A stretch of DNA of 63,883 nucleotides, counting the filler, from Phoronis australis (Eukaryota > Animalia > Phoronida): assembly GCA_002633005.1 (NCBI GenBank). It is 8 parts of 8 records of this genome, joined end to end, with 100 filler letters (N's around TTAATTAATTAA, not from the genome) between each part and the next. Parts side by side here need not be neighbours in the genome. Positions count along the whole stretch, not along the records: positions 45,850 to 53,402 come from NMRA01002009.1; positions 53,503 to 59,854 come from NMRA01002175.1; positions 59,955 to 62,583 come from NMRA01003540.1; positions 62,684 to 63,883 come from NMRA01000050.1; 4 more parts are not named here. One strand, 5' to 3'. The notes under the pieces were generated by a model. That model had not been told where the DNA came from, did no database searches, and saw only the letters and a list, made by a program, of their open reading frames with translations. Position numbers and translations under genes: made by a program. How positions within the stretch are numbered: the first letter of the stretch is position 1; each line of letters opens with the position of its first letter. This document shows positions 53,027-63,883 of the stretch, piece by piece.

Positions 53027-55908
53027 AGGTGTGAAACATTGTACATGCATAAAGACGCACATGTATTCCTGATTCACTGAATAGATTTTTCACTTCGCTT
53101 TTCAAAGTCAAACAAGTGATTGGTCAAGTTTTGAGGGCTCCATTGAGTACACACATGTAGCCGAAACCGGTAACTGTCAGGATATTTTCTGTAACAGCAA
53201 GTATCAGCCAGACCAAAATGTAATTAATAACGGAAGTTATGCACCTGTGTCGTCCTTCATGTATCTGGTAAGACAAACTTATCACGGTGCGCCCTCAAGG
53301 GAATGGCCGCATTCTGACACAGCATAGCTTCCCAATCAAAGGGAAAATAAAGTCAATTGGTCATTTTCTATTACTTCTCGGAAGGAGTTATTGTACTTTC
53401 CANNNNNNNNNNNNNNNNNNNNNNNNNNNNNNNNNNNNNNNNNNNNTTAATTAATTAANNNNNNNNNNNNNNNNNNNNNNNNNNNNNNNNNNNNNNNNNN
53501 NNAAGCTATTGTCCACACATGACTCATTGCCTATGAAAGGGCATCCTCACCAACAAGGCTTATTTGTGTAGCAGTCAGATATAGTTCCGTTGGATACACA
53601 GACACTCCACTGGCACATTGTCTTATGGTAACTTAGTACTGCGATTCACATTTCTCCGGGCCACTGACTAGCACATTGTGCCATGCAGCACTGCTGGTGT
53701 GTGGAAGTGCTGTGGGAAGAGAACGGAGTAACAAAGCTTGTCTAAGATACAGCTCGAAGTGCCCTTAAAATGTCACTGAACCTGGAACAAATATTGAAAT
53801 ATGAATAATTAAGTACTCCAGATTGAATCAAAAATGTTATCCAAGTTTTTCAAAAATATATGGTGATTGGTCTACAGTTTCACGTAAAAGTAAATAATTA
53901 ATATTTTCAGAAACCAAGGGTGTATTTAATGAGTATTGCATAAAACTTTGTCTTTATTTTTTATCCCTAGCCATAACAATTCTTTAAATGCATCACTTGT
54001 CTGTAAAATATACAAGTTTTTGAGACAACTTCAAACCTTTGTTACCCATTTTCAAGCCTTTTTAATTTTGATACTTTCAGCAATTTTAAACTTAGATTAC
54101 AGGTTCATGGGTCTGTGAAGCATACTTCTGGCCTAAGGTTGAGGGAACCGTTTTTCTTCTAATAGAAGATATGAAGACTTGGGTCATCTAAAAATGATGG
54201 ATAATCTTTCTGTTGTTTAAGAGTAATTACAAATCGTAAGGCACCATTAAAAATGCAATTTTCACAAAAATGGCTGTCATTTGAATTTATAACAACTTGC
54301 AACATTTCAAGGCATGAGTTAAGACTATTCAGTCACTGTGAATTCGGAAAATGTAATATATTTTGGTGGTTTTACAAATGATACAAGTAGCAAAACAGTT
54401 TCATGAAATCAACTTGAAGGGACTTCGTGAAGATTAAGAATTATCTCACCATGCTCTTTTCCCCAAACATGTATTACCTTTTATTTCCACACATTCAGTT
54501 GTACCAAATATTACAACCCCCCATGCCAATCCCCCCTCGGGACCTGAATAAGAAATTTAACAAAATGACTTTAAAAATAGCTGTTCTTTTTCAAAGGCTT
54601 TGTTCGTTGTCTCCAATATTGAATGTAGGCTTTGACAACAGATCTGCACTGGATGGGAAGATCTTGTTGGTTAGCTGCAGTCAAATGCTAAAAACCAATT
54701 TTTGTCCATTCAGGGACTGTGCAGAAGCGATGCATATCTCCTCTGCACGGTACAAGACTTCAAACCTAAAAACCAAAGGTTACGTGAAAACTGACGTGAT
54801 AGATTTCCATTTCAACGTGTAATAGATTTCCAGAAGACATATCAGTGATAGGGAGTAAACAAATAGTCTAATGCAATGGATATTTATCACTCACGTACCC
54901 TTTGCCATTGGGATTGGATTGTAATCTTCATTAACCTGTATCGAGTTGACAGCATACATGTAAGCATTCAGCATTGATTGATGTAACTGTCACCAGGAAG
55001 AGATAACCACTGATAAACTTTTAGAAATCATTCCAAACAATAATAATGCTTTGATGTACGAAAAGATCCCGATTGCTACGTCAAGTATCGTATCANAACA
55101 GACATCGGTAGAATAATCATTGAATAATCGTAAAAATAATCACAAACCTTACCTTTGTATGAGGTCGTGCTTTCTTCCTCTCTTAGAAGCACCCTTTTTA
55201 CGCAATCTCAGATTCAGTTGGCACGGCTGCAAGCCATTTCAACATGTATTTAAAGGTCTCGCGAAATCGAGGCTCTTAATCTATCACCGCTAGTACACGC
55301 ACGCCCTCTAGTTATTGTAGATTTTCCAAATAGCCCCATTATGATTCATCCATCCCATGTGTCTGACGAATAATAAACATTTTAGCCGAACGTACCTACA
55401 TAAAATTTAACGTTAAAGTTGAAACGCGTTGGAGCGAGATTCAACCTCCCCAAAACCTGGCAGAGGGCATGTCACTCGCACCCGACGTCGCGCTAGTCCA
55501 GTTTCACAGGAAAGGCAGGACGATATGAGACCGCCTGTCAACCAAGCGTTTCCCGTGTATTTTCACATGCCTAGACTGGTCGTTGTTCAACCTTTCAACA
55601 TCAAAATAAAATTAGGATCTACGTATACGAAGTATCTTACCTCTCTGTGTTGCCTTTTTGGTTTTTGTTTTTCAAAATGACACTAGGGTGGTACAGTAGC
55701 CGGGTATGGTGTACATAGTTTACATACTTTGGAAACTTGAAGACCTAGCTGCGCTAAAGTGTTAATCAATTGGAAGGGTTCTGATTGCGACAACACGCTG
55801 TGGGCCAAGCGACAAACACGTATCTCTGTCCCACGTGACATGTGACTATACGGCATTATACTTTCTTTAGGCGGATTGTTGTGTTTTCTACTTCGAAAAC
55901 ATACTCAC

Positions 55909-56112
55909 ATACTGTCCATAATGCATCACGCTCTCGTAGTCGTAGCTAACGTTGTAAGTGTTGATCGCGCTTGTAGTGAACTTCACAAAGTTAAAGTCTT
56001 GAAAGGGTGCAATGTTTTCCCATAATATTTTCACGTAATCGTCACGGTCCGGTCTTTTCAGTTCGTGGAAGAAGCCAGCGGCATGACCAATTTCATGCAA
56101 AATAATCGGTTT
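55909..56112 (-). CDS. Astacin (M12A) zinc metalloprotease catalytic exon; isolated/partial
   Basis: 204-nt phase-0 exon (tttcag|...|gtgagt) encoding HEIGHAAGFFHE (HExxHxxGxxH), RPDRDDYV and the Met-turn YDYESVMHY. Flanking exons not found. Confidence 0.88.
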
Positions 56113-56834
56113 CTGAAACAGTATATATATACATCTATTTGCTGCGGTGAGACTCGTGTATTCGTCAGGCAATCTCTAGGCTTACAAGGGAGTTACATAT
56201 TTAAGCACAAGACCCAATATTGTGTAGAGAAGGGAAGAGGCCGGGGTGAGGGTCCCGGGCTTCGACATCAGAGGGCGTTCATTCATAATGAATGAACGGT
56301 TGGGAATTATGACTGATCTGTAGTGAAATTGAATAAAGCTTGATTTGTGCTTCGTATTTTTTACTTTTCTTATCATCAACGTCAATGGATTTGAGAGGGG
56401 CATCCAATCAAAATAGCCCCGCCAATCAACAAACCTGAGCACGCCACTGGGTGCAGTTTCTGTAGCCTTAATTCTAAACGTTTATTAGTATCGTACATGT
56501 ATGTCAACAATGTAGTTGTTAGTTAAAATGGCCATCCAGGGTCTGCATTGCTCAGTGTACCGGTACTCCAAAACTTACTATTGCTATCGTAGCGAGCCTC
56601 GTTTTGGAACGCGCCTCCTGTCGGCGTGAATTAGGTCTATACCAATTGAAAGAAGGTCAACATTTAAAATTAATAAATTTTACCACAAACCAACCACTTT
56701 GCACGCTTTCGCACTAAATAATTATAATTCTACCCACTGCGTAGGTTTTACAACAAAATGAAATTTGTTTTCTCCAATTTGACGATTTAGTCAAGTAAAA
56801 AGTGTCGGAGGTTCTGGTGAAGCATTATCATATC

Positions 56835-57280
56835 TAGCCTTTGAGCGGCAAAGCTGTATACTAAACATAAAGCTTTGTGCCGATGTGGGTAAAAAACTGA
56901 ATAAGTAAAATCTTCACAGAATTAGTGTTTTTAACGACACTCTTCCTTGAGTTGCTAAATTTTTTATCGGCGCTCGGAAAAAATTGTCGTTCTGCCCTTA
57001 TTCTGCTGCTTGAGTTTTGATGCGTTCTTTTAGGTCGACTTTCATTGGCCAGTTTCTTTTTCCTCATTCTTCAATCAGCTACTCTTTTCTTCCACGAGGT
57101 TGCGTACATGGCACAACAAATTATCGAAACTGATATCATTTCGTTATAAGTTTTTAGTACGTTAATACCAGCAAACCGAATTTCAGAATAAATCTTGCTG
57201 CTGCGCCGTTGTCATCATCTTCCGAAAGATGTCGGAAATTTTAGGAAATGGCACGTGCACGTGTCACAAGCGCGACAGAC
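56835..57280 (-). mobile_element. Academ-like element, diverged inverted partial copy 3
   Basis: Reverse complement aligns by eye with ~33040-33490 (CAAAGCTGTATACTAAA, TCTTCCTTGAGT, GAGGTTGCGTACA, TTTAGGAAATGGCAC). Confidence 0.7.
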
Positions 57281-57803
57281 TTCTCATGCGCTCACCCAGC
57301 CTTGAAAATGGGGGCTTGAATTCCTTTAGATGTGGACCTTTTGCTGACAAAAAATCGAGGGTACTAAAAAACGGGGTACCACCTTTCAGAATTGTGAACT
57401 GTGCGTCTGCGTCTTTATAGTAGACTTTTGTCTCGTTTTCTCGGACATTTTTCTTTCTCTGAAGCAGACCTTTATGCACACTTCATCAAATGCAGGGCTC
57501 GTTCGATAGTTTTTACACAGCAAGCTTACCGGTTACCTCATATGACGTGCAAGATCACACACACAAAGGCATTGATAGCTACATTTTTTCCGGCGGTCAT
57601 GTTCAGTCTCCACAGGTCATGTTTAGTCTCTGGTGGTCCTGTTTTGTGGTGGGGCGGTTATGTTTTTAGGTGCGTGGGTTCCATTTTCTGGTGCGGCGGT
57701 CCCATTTGATCCCCGTAGGTCCTGTTTTGTGGTGAGTTGATCTGATTTGGAGGACCGGCGGTCATGTTTTGGGGGCGGTAATGTTGTTTCTCACCCGTGA
57801 TAC

Positions 57804-57853
57804 TAGCCAGCCAGGTAGCTGTATATGTAGTATACATCTTTGTACCAAAGCTA
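57804..57853 (+). mobile_element. 50-bp mini-derivative of the Academ-like family with perfect 9-bp TSD
   Basis: ccgtgatac|TAGCCAGCCAGGTAGCTGTATATGTAGTATACATCTTTGTACCAAAGCTA|ccgtgatac. Confidence 0.85.
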
Positions 57854-60800
57854 CCGTGATACCTACAATTTGAAGTAGGATCGGTCCCACACACATTTTT
57901 ATCATTTTGCATGTCTACCTATTATTCAAAAGTATACATACACTGTTTGTCTCAGCTTCAAAACATTTTGGTCCATTTAGAATTCTATTATAACATGACT
58001 CTTTTTATGCATGAATTTTTCAGAACTTCGTTGATATTTTTAAAACTTGGCATCTTAACTTTATCATATTCTGTAGTGGAATGTAAGAAAGGTGACGTGA
58101 ACTGTAGGAAGTCCTCTGATCAAGTATGGGTGCTGTTTTAAGTACACTTAAATCATCTTATGCGCATTGCTTACTAAATTGACACGTTTACCCTCAAACT
58201 TGCATGCATCCGAGATTTTTTGGCTTTTCCATATTTCTTCGTCGATGAAGAGCCGATGCTACTTTTGTAGTTTATGCGGTTGTCAGAAAGTTCCGGCGAC
58301 GAACTTGGATGTGGTTGGTGACGATGATAACCACGCCCGATGCCAGCCCGGTTTAGATTGCGGGAACAGTGATTTTGTAAAAAGGTACTTCAGAATACTA
58401 AAAAGGTGTTTTACTCCTCCAAATTTTAGTTGTCTGCTTAACTGAACTCTAGATTCGCACATTTTACTCACTAACCAAGCCTTGCCTTAATTTAGGCCAC
58501 GCGCAGTAGCGTATCGCGTAGACCTACATGTACATAGATAAACTTTGAGTCCATGTGGCTGGCAAGTAATGCCGAAATTTTCATGTAGTGTAGAGTCATA
58601 GTTGCTCTCAGTTACCATCCGGACATACATGCTTTTTAATCAGTTAAAGCATTTATATCGTAGCGTTTCTTGTGCGACAATATCAGCCAGAGCAACTCTC
58701 CCAGTGTATTCTGACACTTAGCGAAAACATGGTTCACGTGTCGTCCGATTAGACTTCTGTTCCCTCATTTGTAAAATTTCCACGAGTGAACTCTCCTCTG
58801 AGGTGTAATCAGCCACATTATACCCACTACCCACTTCCAGGTCAGAAGGGTGCTATGTGAGAAAGTTAGGCTTCGGTGACGTAAGTTACAATTAGGTTCT
58901 CTTCGCCCTTAGTGACAACGTGCATGGTCAAAAGATGAGTATTTGCACATTAATAACATCCTAATAACTTATATTAAAGAGTACTGGAACGTGATAAACA
59001 GACTAACTTTCAATGTTGAATAGATTCTCTGCCACTGGAACAGAATTCAACCAGATCATCCGCTAATTGTAGGCTCTTTTAGAAAAGATTTTTACTTTTT
59101 GTTGATATCAAAGCATTTTCTTTTAGCTTCAGATTTAAAAGAAACGGTGTGTTAACTGTATGACATTTCGTCGAGTTTTCTCCCATAAGCCAAAAGTACG
59201 CTTCCTTATTTGGTATGGCAGGACATGGACGTGGTACATTTCCCTTATATGGAAAATATGACCTCTGGCCTCAAGCGACTTCAAGTAATAGACTGATAGC
59301 TTGAGACCATTCATCATAAGTCAGGGATATTAGAAACTCTGTGGTAACCACAGAGCTTTTCCTTCGCGTATTTTTCAAAAATCGTGAATTTTGTGATTTT
59401 TCTGGGAATTTCCTCACAAGGGAAAGTGAATTGCTCTTTACTAGAAGTTACGAGATTGTACTTTCGTCAGGAATATTTAAAAGATATTTTTGACGAGATT
59501 TCCCATTCCATGCCTCTATAAAGCCGATGGGGAACTGACTTTAACCGGCTGGCCTACTATCTGATCAAACGACCATCTTTCGTCTCATAAATACAGTGCA
59601 AGTGGTTTTAAATTAATGCGCATATACCGGATCATGTATGTGAATGATTGAAGACCGACATCAGATGAGTGCGAAGAACTGAATACCAAAGCATCCGAGA
59701 GTCTTCGTAACATTTGCCTCAGTAAGTGCATGCCATCAATGCATTGGTCATTTCAGGCCGGCGTGAGGTCCTTAAACTCCTTTAAACTTGACAATGAACA
59801 AACTAAGGCCAGGATTACCTTGCGACATCTTATCCCTAGATTAATAGCTTGTTGNNNNNNNNNNNNNNNNNNNNNNNNNNNNNNNNNNNNNNNNNNNNTT
59901 AATTAATTAANNNNNNNNNNNNNNNNNNNNNNNNNNNNNNNNNNNNNNNNNNNNATAGCCGGGACTGATTCGCGTCGGGTAAATGTCATACGACTGTCAA
60001 ACGACATTTGCAGGTCATTTTGTGCAAAAACTTGCGAATCTTTATCTTCAATTTAATTATGTTGTCATTTAGCTTCACATTTCATAAACCCTAAACAAAA
60101 TTCTCACGCATTGTTCGCAAGCATGGAGTCTCAAAAACTTGAGAAACCTTCGGCGGCTTTGGGCTTACTTTGAGGAGAAAATATTTCCCAATTTTTTTTT
60201 ACTTGTCCATCAATTGCAAACTTTTGGAACACGAGTGCGAGGCCGTGCAACTCAGGCGAGGAAATTGCAATCCCGTAGTGTATTCATTTCGAGAAATATT
60301 GGAGATCCCATCAAAAATTTGGGCACGAACAGTGACGTCATTGCTCCAGTAAACTAAATGATAGGATTTGAAGGTTCAATGCAGTTTGCTTCAAGTGAAA
60401 ATTGTCGCCAGTCACAAGTCGCTAGCTTTTTTATTACTAGTTGTCCGAAATTGACCTATCGCCAGGATTTTGATTGACGGCTTAACTGACCATTTAGAAC
60501 GCAGCATTATTGACACACCTTCGTTTCCAAGCCGCCATTTTACCCGACAAACAACACGTTGCCGGGTAAAAGTTATTGTTTGTTGGTCGACATTACGCAA
60601 GGGGGCGGAGCTTGTGATAGGTCAATTACCCTATCAATACAGAGGGATCTAAATGCTGGTAGTCAAGGACAACGGTAGGAAATTATGCTCCAAGATCAGT
60701 GTTTTTCGTTTCCCTTCACAAAGAGCCCCACCCGAAAGAGGTGTTGGCGATTAAAAAGAAAAGAATGGTGATTGATTCCATCACTTGGGCCCCGGCATGA

Positions 60801-63800
60801 ACTGGGGTATTGATTTCATAAAACTGAATAAGAGTGAGACTGGCTTCTGTCAACTTGCAGTCGCCAGTGATTCCTTAAAAAGATTCCCGTGGTATGAGGA
60901 AATGGAGCATTTTCAATGAAACCACTGACACGAATTTTGCAAAATCGCTATTTAAACTTGATTTTTAAATACTTTTCATACTGACGTAATGAGCGGAGCG
61001 TTGACGTTAACTGCGAAGTTAACTGAACCGTTCGGAAGAAGAAGAATACCGGCATCGGTGAGTAAACGGACCTCGAAGTAAACGGTAGGTGACGGCTGTT
61101 GTCATCGAAGTAGTAATCGCAAGGTAACACTGATGCATCGCGTTCACGCAATTTTTTAATATTACAACTTGTGCCAATTGACATAAAACGTATTTCTAAT
61201 TCGATTGGTGGTTATTCGACCAAAATGTAAGCAACTATTAGCGCCGACACTTCCCTTTAAGTGTTGACGACAACAGTGGCCCCTGGCGATAACTTCGATG
61301 GGATCCAAGTTGACCGCTCATACTGCACCGCAGTGCTTTTCACATCTGGGTGATAAAAATAAAGATGTCAATCAAGTTTGAAATTCTATATGTTCTACAA
61401 TTTAATATATAGTATACAACGTCGCTACAGGCTCTGAATATAGTGAATAGCTACTTGATAGCAGTTCATTCACTGAGGCGAATTTGATGTTTTCAAACTG
61501 AGCGATTGTGCTGTTTTTGTCTCAATTCTAGGAGTTTCCAGTACAATATTTCTAATTTCCTTTGTAATTTGCCGACTTGGATGGAGGTGTAACAGAGAGG
61601 CGAAGTCAACTGTTTGTTGCATATGTATTCACTAACTTGAGGAATGCAATAATAATGAAAGCAAAATTATTGGATCGTGAAATGTGACATGCAAGGTCAA
61701 GGGCATACGATTGACACTGCACCAGCATATAACTAAAGGATGGGAGATTAATTGCACAGGTCGACGCGTATGTGCACGTATTATCTGTTATGGGTGACTC
61801 ATCCTGTACACGTATTAAAGAAAATGTATTATCGCTCGTCTGACTCAGGGTTCTCATCTTTAGGAATTGGGCTGATTCAGATTTTATAAGAAGAGTTAAA
61901 CGAGTAATGTCTAAAGTTGAAATATGCCTTAATATTTCTGAAACTATGCAGTGCTGTAGTGGTAAAATTAGAGGTAAATAGCGCCCAAAGCCCACTGCAC
62001 ACCTTGAGCACTGAACGTAACTGAAGTTGCGTAGGTGGTTGGCTGCGCTTACGTGCGCCTACGCTCCACTACTGCACGGAATCTATGGTCACTTGCATGG
62101 CAACATGATAAGTACACCAGCTGGCTTCTAAAAATGTATGTGGCTTATTGTGAGCGGAGGTTGCTAACTATTCGTCAAGATGGGCACTAATGGGAATCAT
62201 GTCATGAAATTACTTTTATTTTCCCCATCAGCCATACAATTCACCTTTTTACCATTTGCTGTTGGAACAAATCTGACAAACCATGCATAGTAGTAAGCAC
62301 ATGCTCTGTTTTAAAAAGATGGAATCACTTTTTTGTTTTCTTGTCGTTTGATTGTAGATGAGGCTCTGCACAGAGCACCTTAAACCCTCGCTTGGGAAAT
62401 AAAAAATTGTTAACTGTTTTAAGGCTTTGCGAGTAAGGGTCTTATTAGACCAAACCCCATCCAGAGCACCTCGAAAATTTTCGTACCTCTCGCACTGGCG
62501 AACTTCAGTCCCTAAATCTCTTGGGCATTTTGGTCTTTGTACGGTACTCTCAAGTGTTATTTTGATTTTTCAATTTGATCTTTNNNNNNNNNNNNNNNNN
62601 NNNNNNNNNNNNNNNNNNNNNNNNNNNTTAATTAATTAANNNNNNNNNNNNNNNNNNNNNNNNNNNNNNNNNNNNNNNNNNNNCTTCGGCCTTATAATGC
62701 CTTTTTATTCATTTGTGGTATTATGAGAGTTCGAACATGTGAACATTTGGAGTATCGAGCTGTACCCTAGTACCAATACAGTAGGACACGCAAGCAACGC
62801 TAGATTACATAAACAACCTGTTAGATTATCTTCTTAATTTTCGTCTTCCACCTTTTATTCCGTCTTGGTTATCCGTGGGTCACAGCTTGTCGTTTATGTA
62901 TGGGTATGGCGAGCAAATAGACAAAAACGTGTAGTAATGAAATTTACAGACAATCGGCAAATCAACTATCGTTTTCAAGTTGACACTTCGAGATTAATTG
63001 AAAAATCTACCAAGGCAGTTCACGGGAACCATTATTCTGATCCATATGTTGGGGGTCATCCTGATGTGTTCCCGTTTTATGCATATCGGGATTCTACACA
63101 TGTACGTGTCCCGGGTTCGATATGACCAGTTTTCATTGCATCGGACGGAGTTCTATGTGTCCTGGTGTGGTAGCTGTCTTGATTGTCCCCCTGCAGAGAA
63201 TGTCCTAGCTGCATGTATTTGAATGCCGGTGTACTGGCACGTTAATCAGTGGATTAGCCGGATGCTTCATTCAAATACACGCAAGGCAGGGGGACAATGG
63301 CTACTTTCACACAGAGTTCTATGTGTCATTGGTCAGTGCTCGATGAGCCAAGAAAATTAACATACCCAAGTTCGCCGTTTGCAACCGAGCCGAAATGTCG
63401 AAAACTAAAGGCGCATTTTCAAGAAGTGAGCTAGCATTCCAAAATCCCAGGGGGCATTGCTTTATCTGACAAAGATCAGAATCCAATGCAACTAAGGAGA
63501 ATGCATAAAAATAACACGTTACTTTATTACTTGTTGAACTTATGCCCTAAATCAGGATCGAAAAGCACCTGACAACTGTCATGTGGGCCTAAATGGCAAG
63601 TGTTGCTAAAACTTGCACACTCGTCCGCTTAGCGTCTGGACCATTACGCAAAACACCGGGACACAAAAACCCGGACAGATAGGATTCGGAGTCCATAAAA
63701 CGGGACGCATGTAAGGGCCCTAGTTAGTATGTTAGTACAATGACAATTGTTAGTCGGGATTAGAAAGAGCGTTAAATTCAGCAAGTCAAGTAACAAACGT

Positions 63801-63850
63801 CTAGCGCAAGCTAATGATAATACATTTGATAAATGGATAGATATATCCAT

Positions 63851-63883
63851 TTAATAATAATAATAGTAATAATAGTAATAATA
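63851..63883. repeat. (TAA/TAG)n microsatellite
   Basis: Trinucleotide run at the window end. Confidence 0.85.

Noticed and set aside
59955-63883. Short ORFs in the last two contigs
   Set aside because: No recognisable domains or consistent exon structure; treated as non-coding or old repeats.

Overview
AT-rich, intron-containing animal DNA, most likely a marine invertebrate (lophotrochozoan-like; inferred, not proven). The window is a concatenation of eight contigs joined by identical artificial 100-nt spacers (44 N + TTAATTAATTAA + 44 N), so gene order across spacers cannot be trusted. Genes recognisable by manual splicing: a GRL101-type (LDLa + LRR + 7TM) GPCR whose visible part is one ~2.3-kb exon (-); a complete 7-exon LRMDA/C10orf11 orthologue (+) with a U12-type minor intron and tandem M-box/CLEAR-like promoter motifs; a complete 2-coding-exon FAM241 orthologue (-); three internal exons of the pseudokinase NRBP (-); seven internal exons of IFT74 (-), two of them duplicated in what looks like an uncollapsed haplotype; and an isolated astacin catalytic exon (-). 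Mobile DNA includes a THAP relic, a truncated LTR retrotransposon (LTR, PBS, gag), several TAG...CTA Academ-like non-autonomous elements (one only 50 bp with a perfect 9-bp TSD) and Harbinger- and EnSpm-like MITEs. I found no convincing wholly new biological system; the best leads are the U12 intron and MiT/TFE-type promoter of LRMDA, the 50-bp AcademH-like mini-element, the mega-exon GRL101 gene and an SHP-box-like tail on FAM241. All homology calls are from memory of the protein families, not from database searches.
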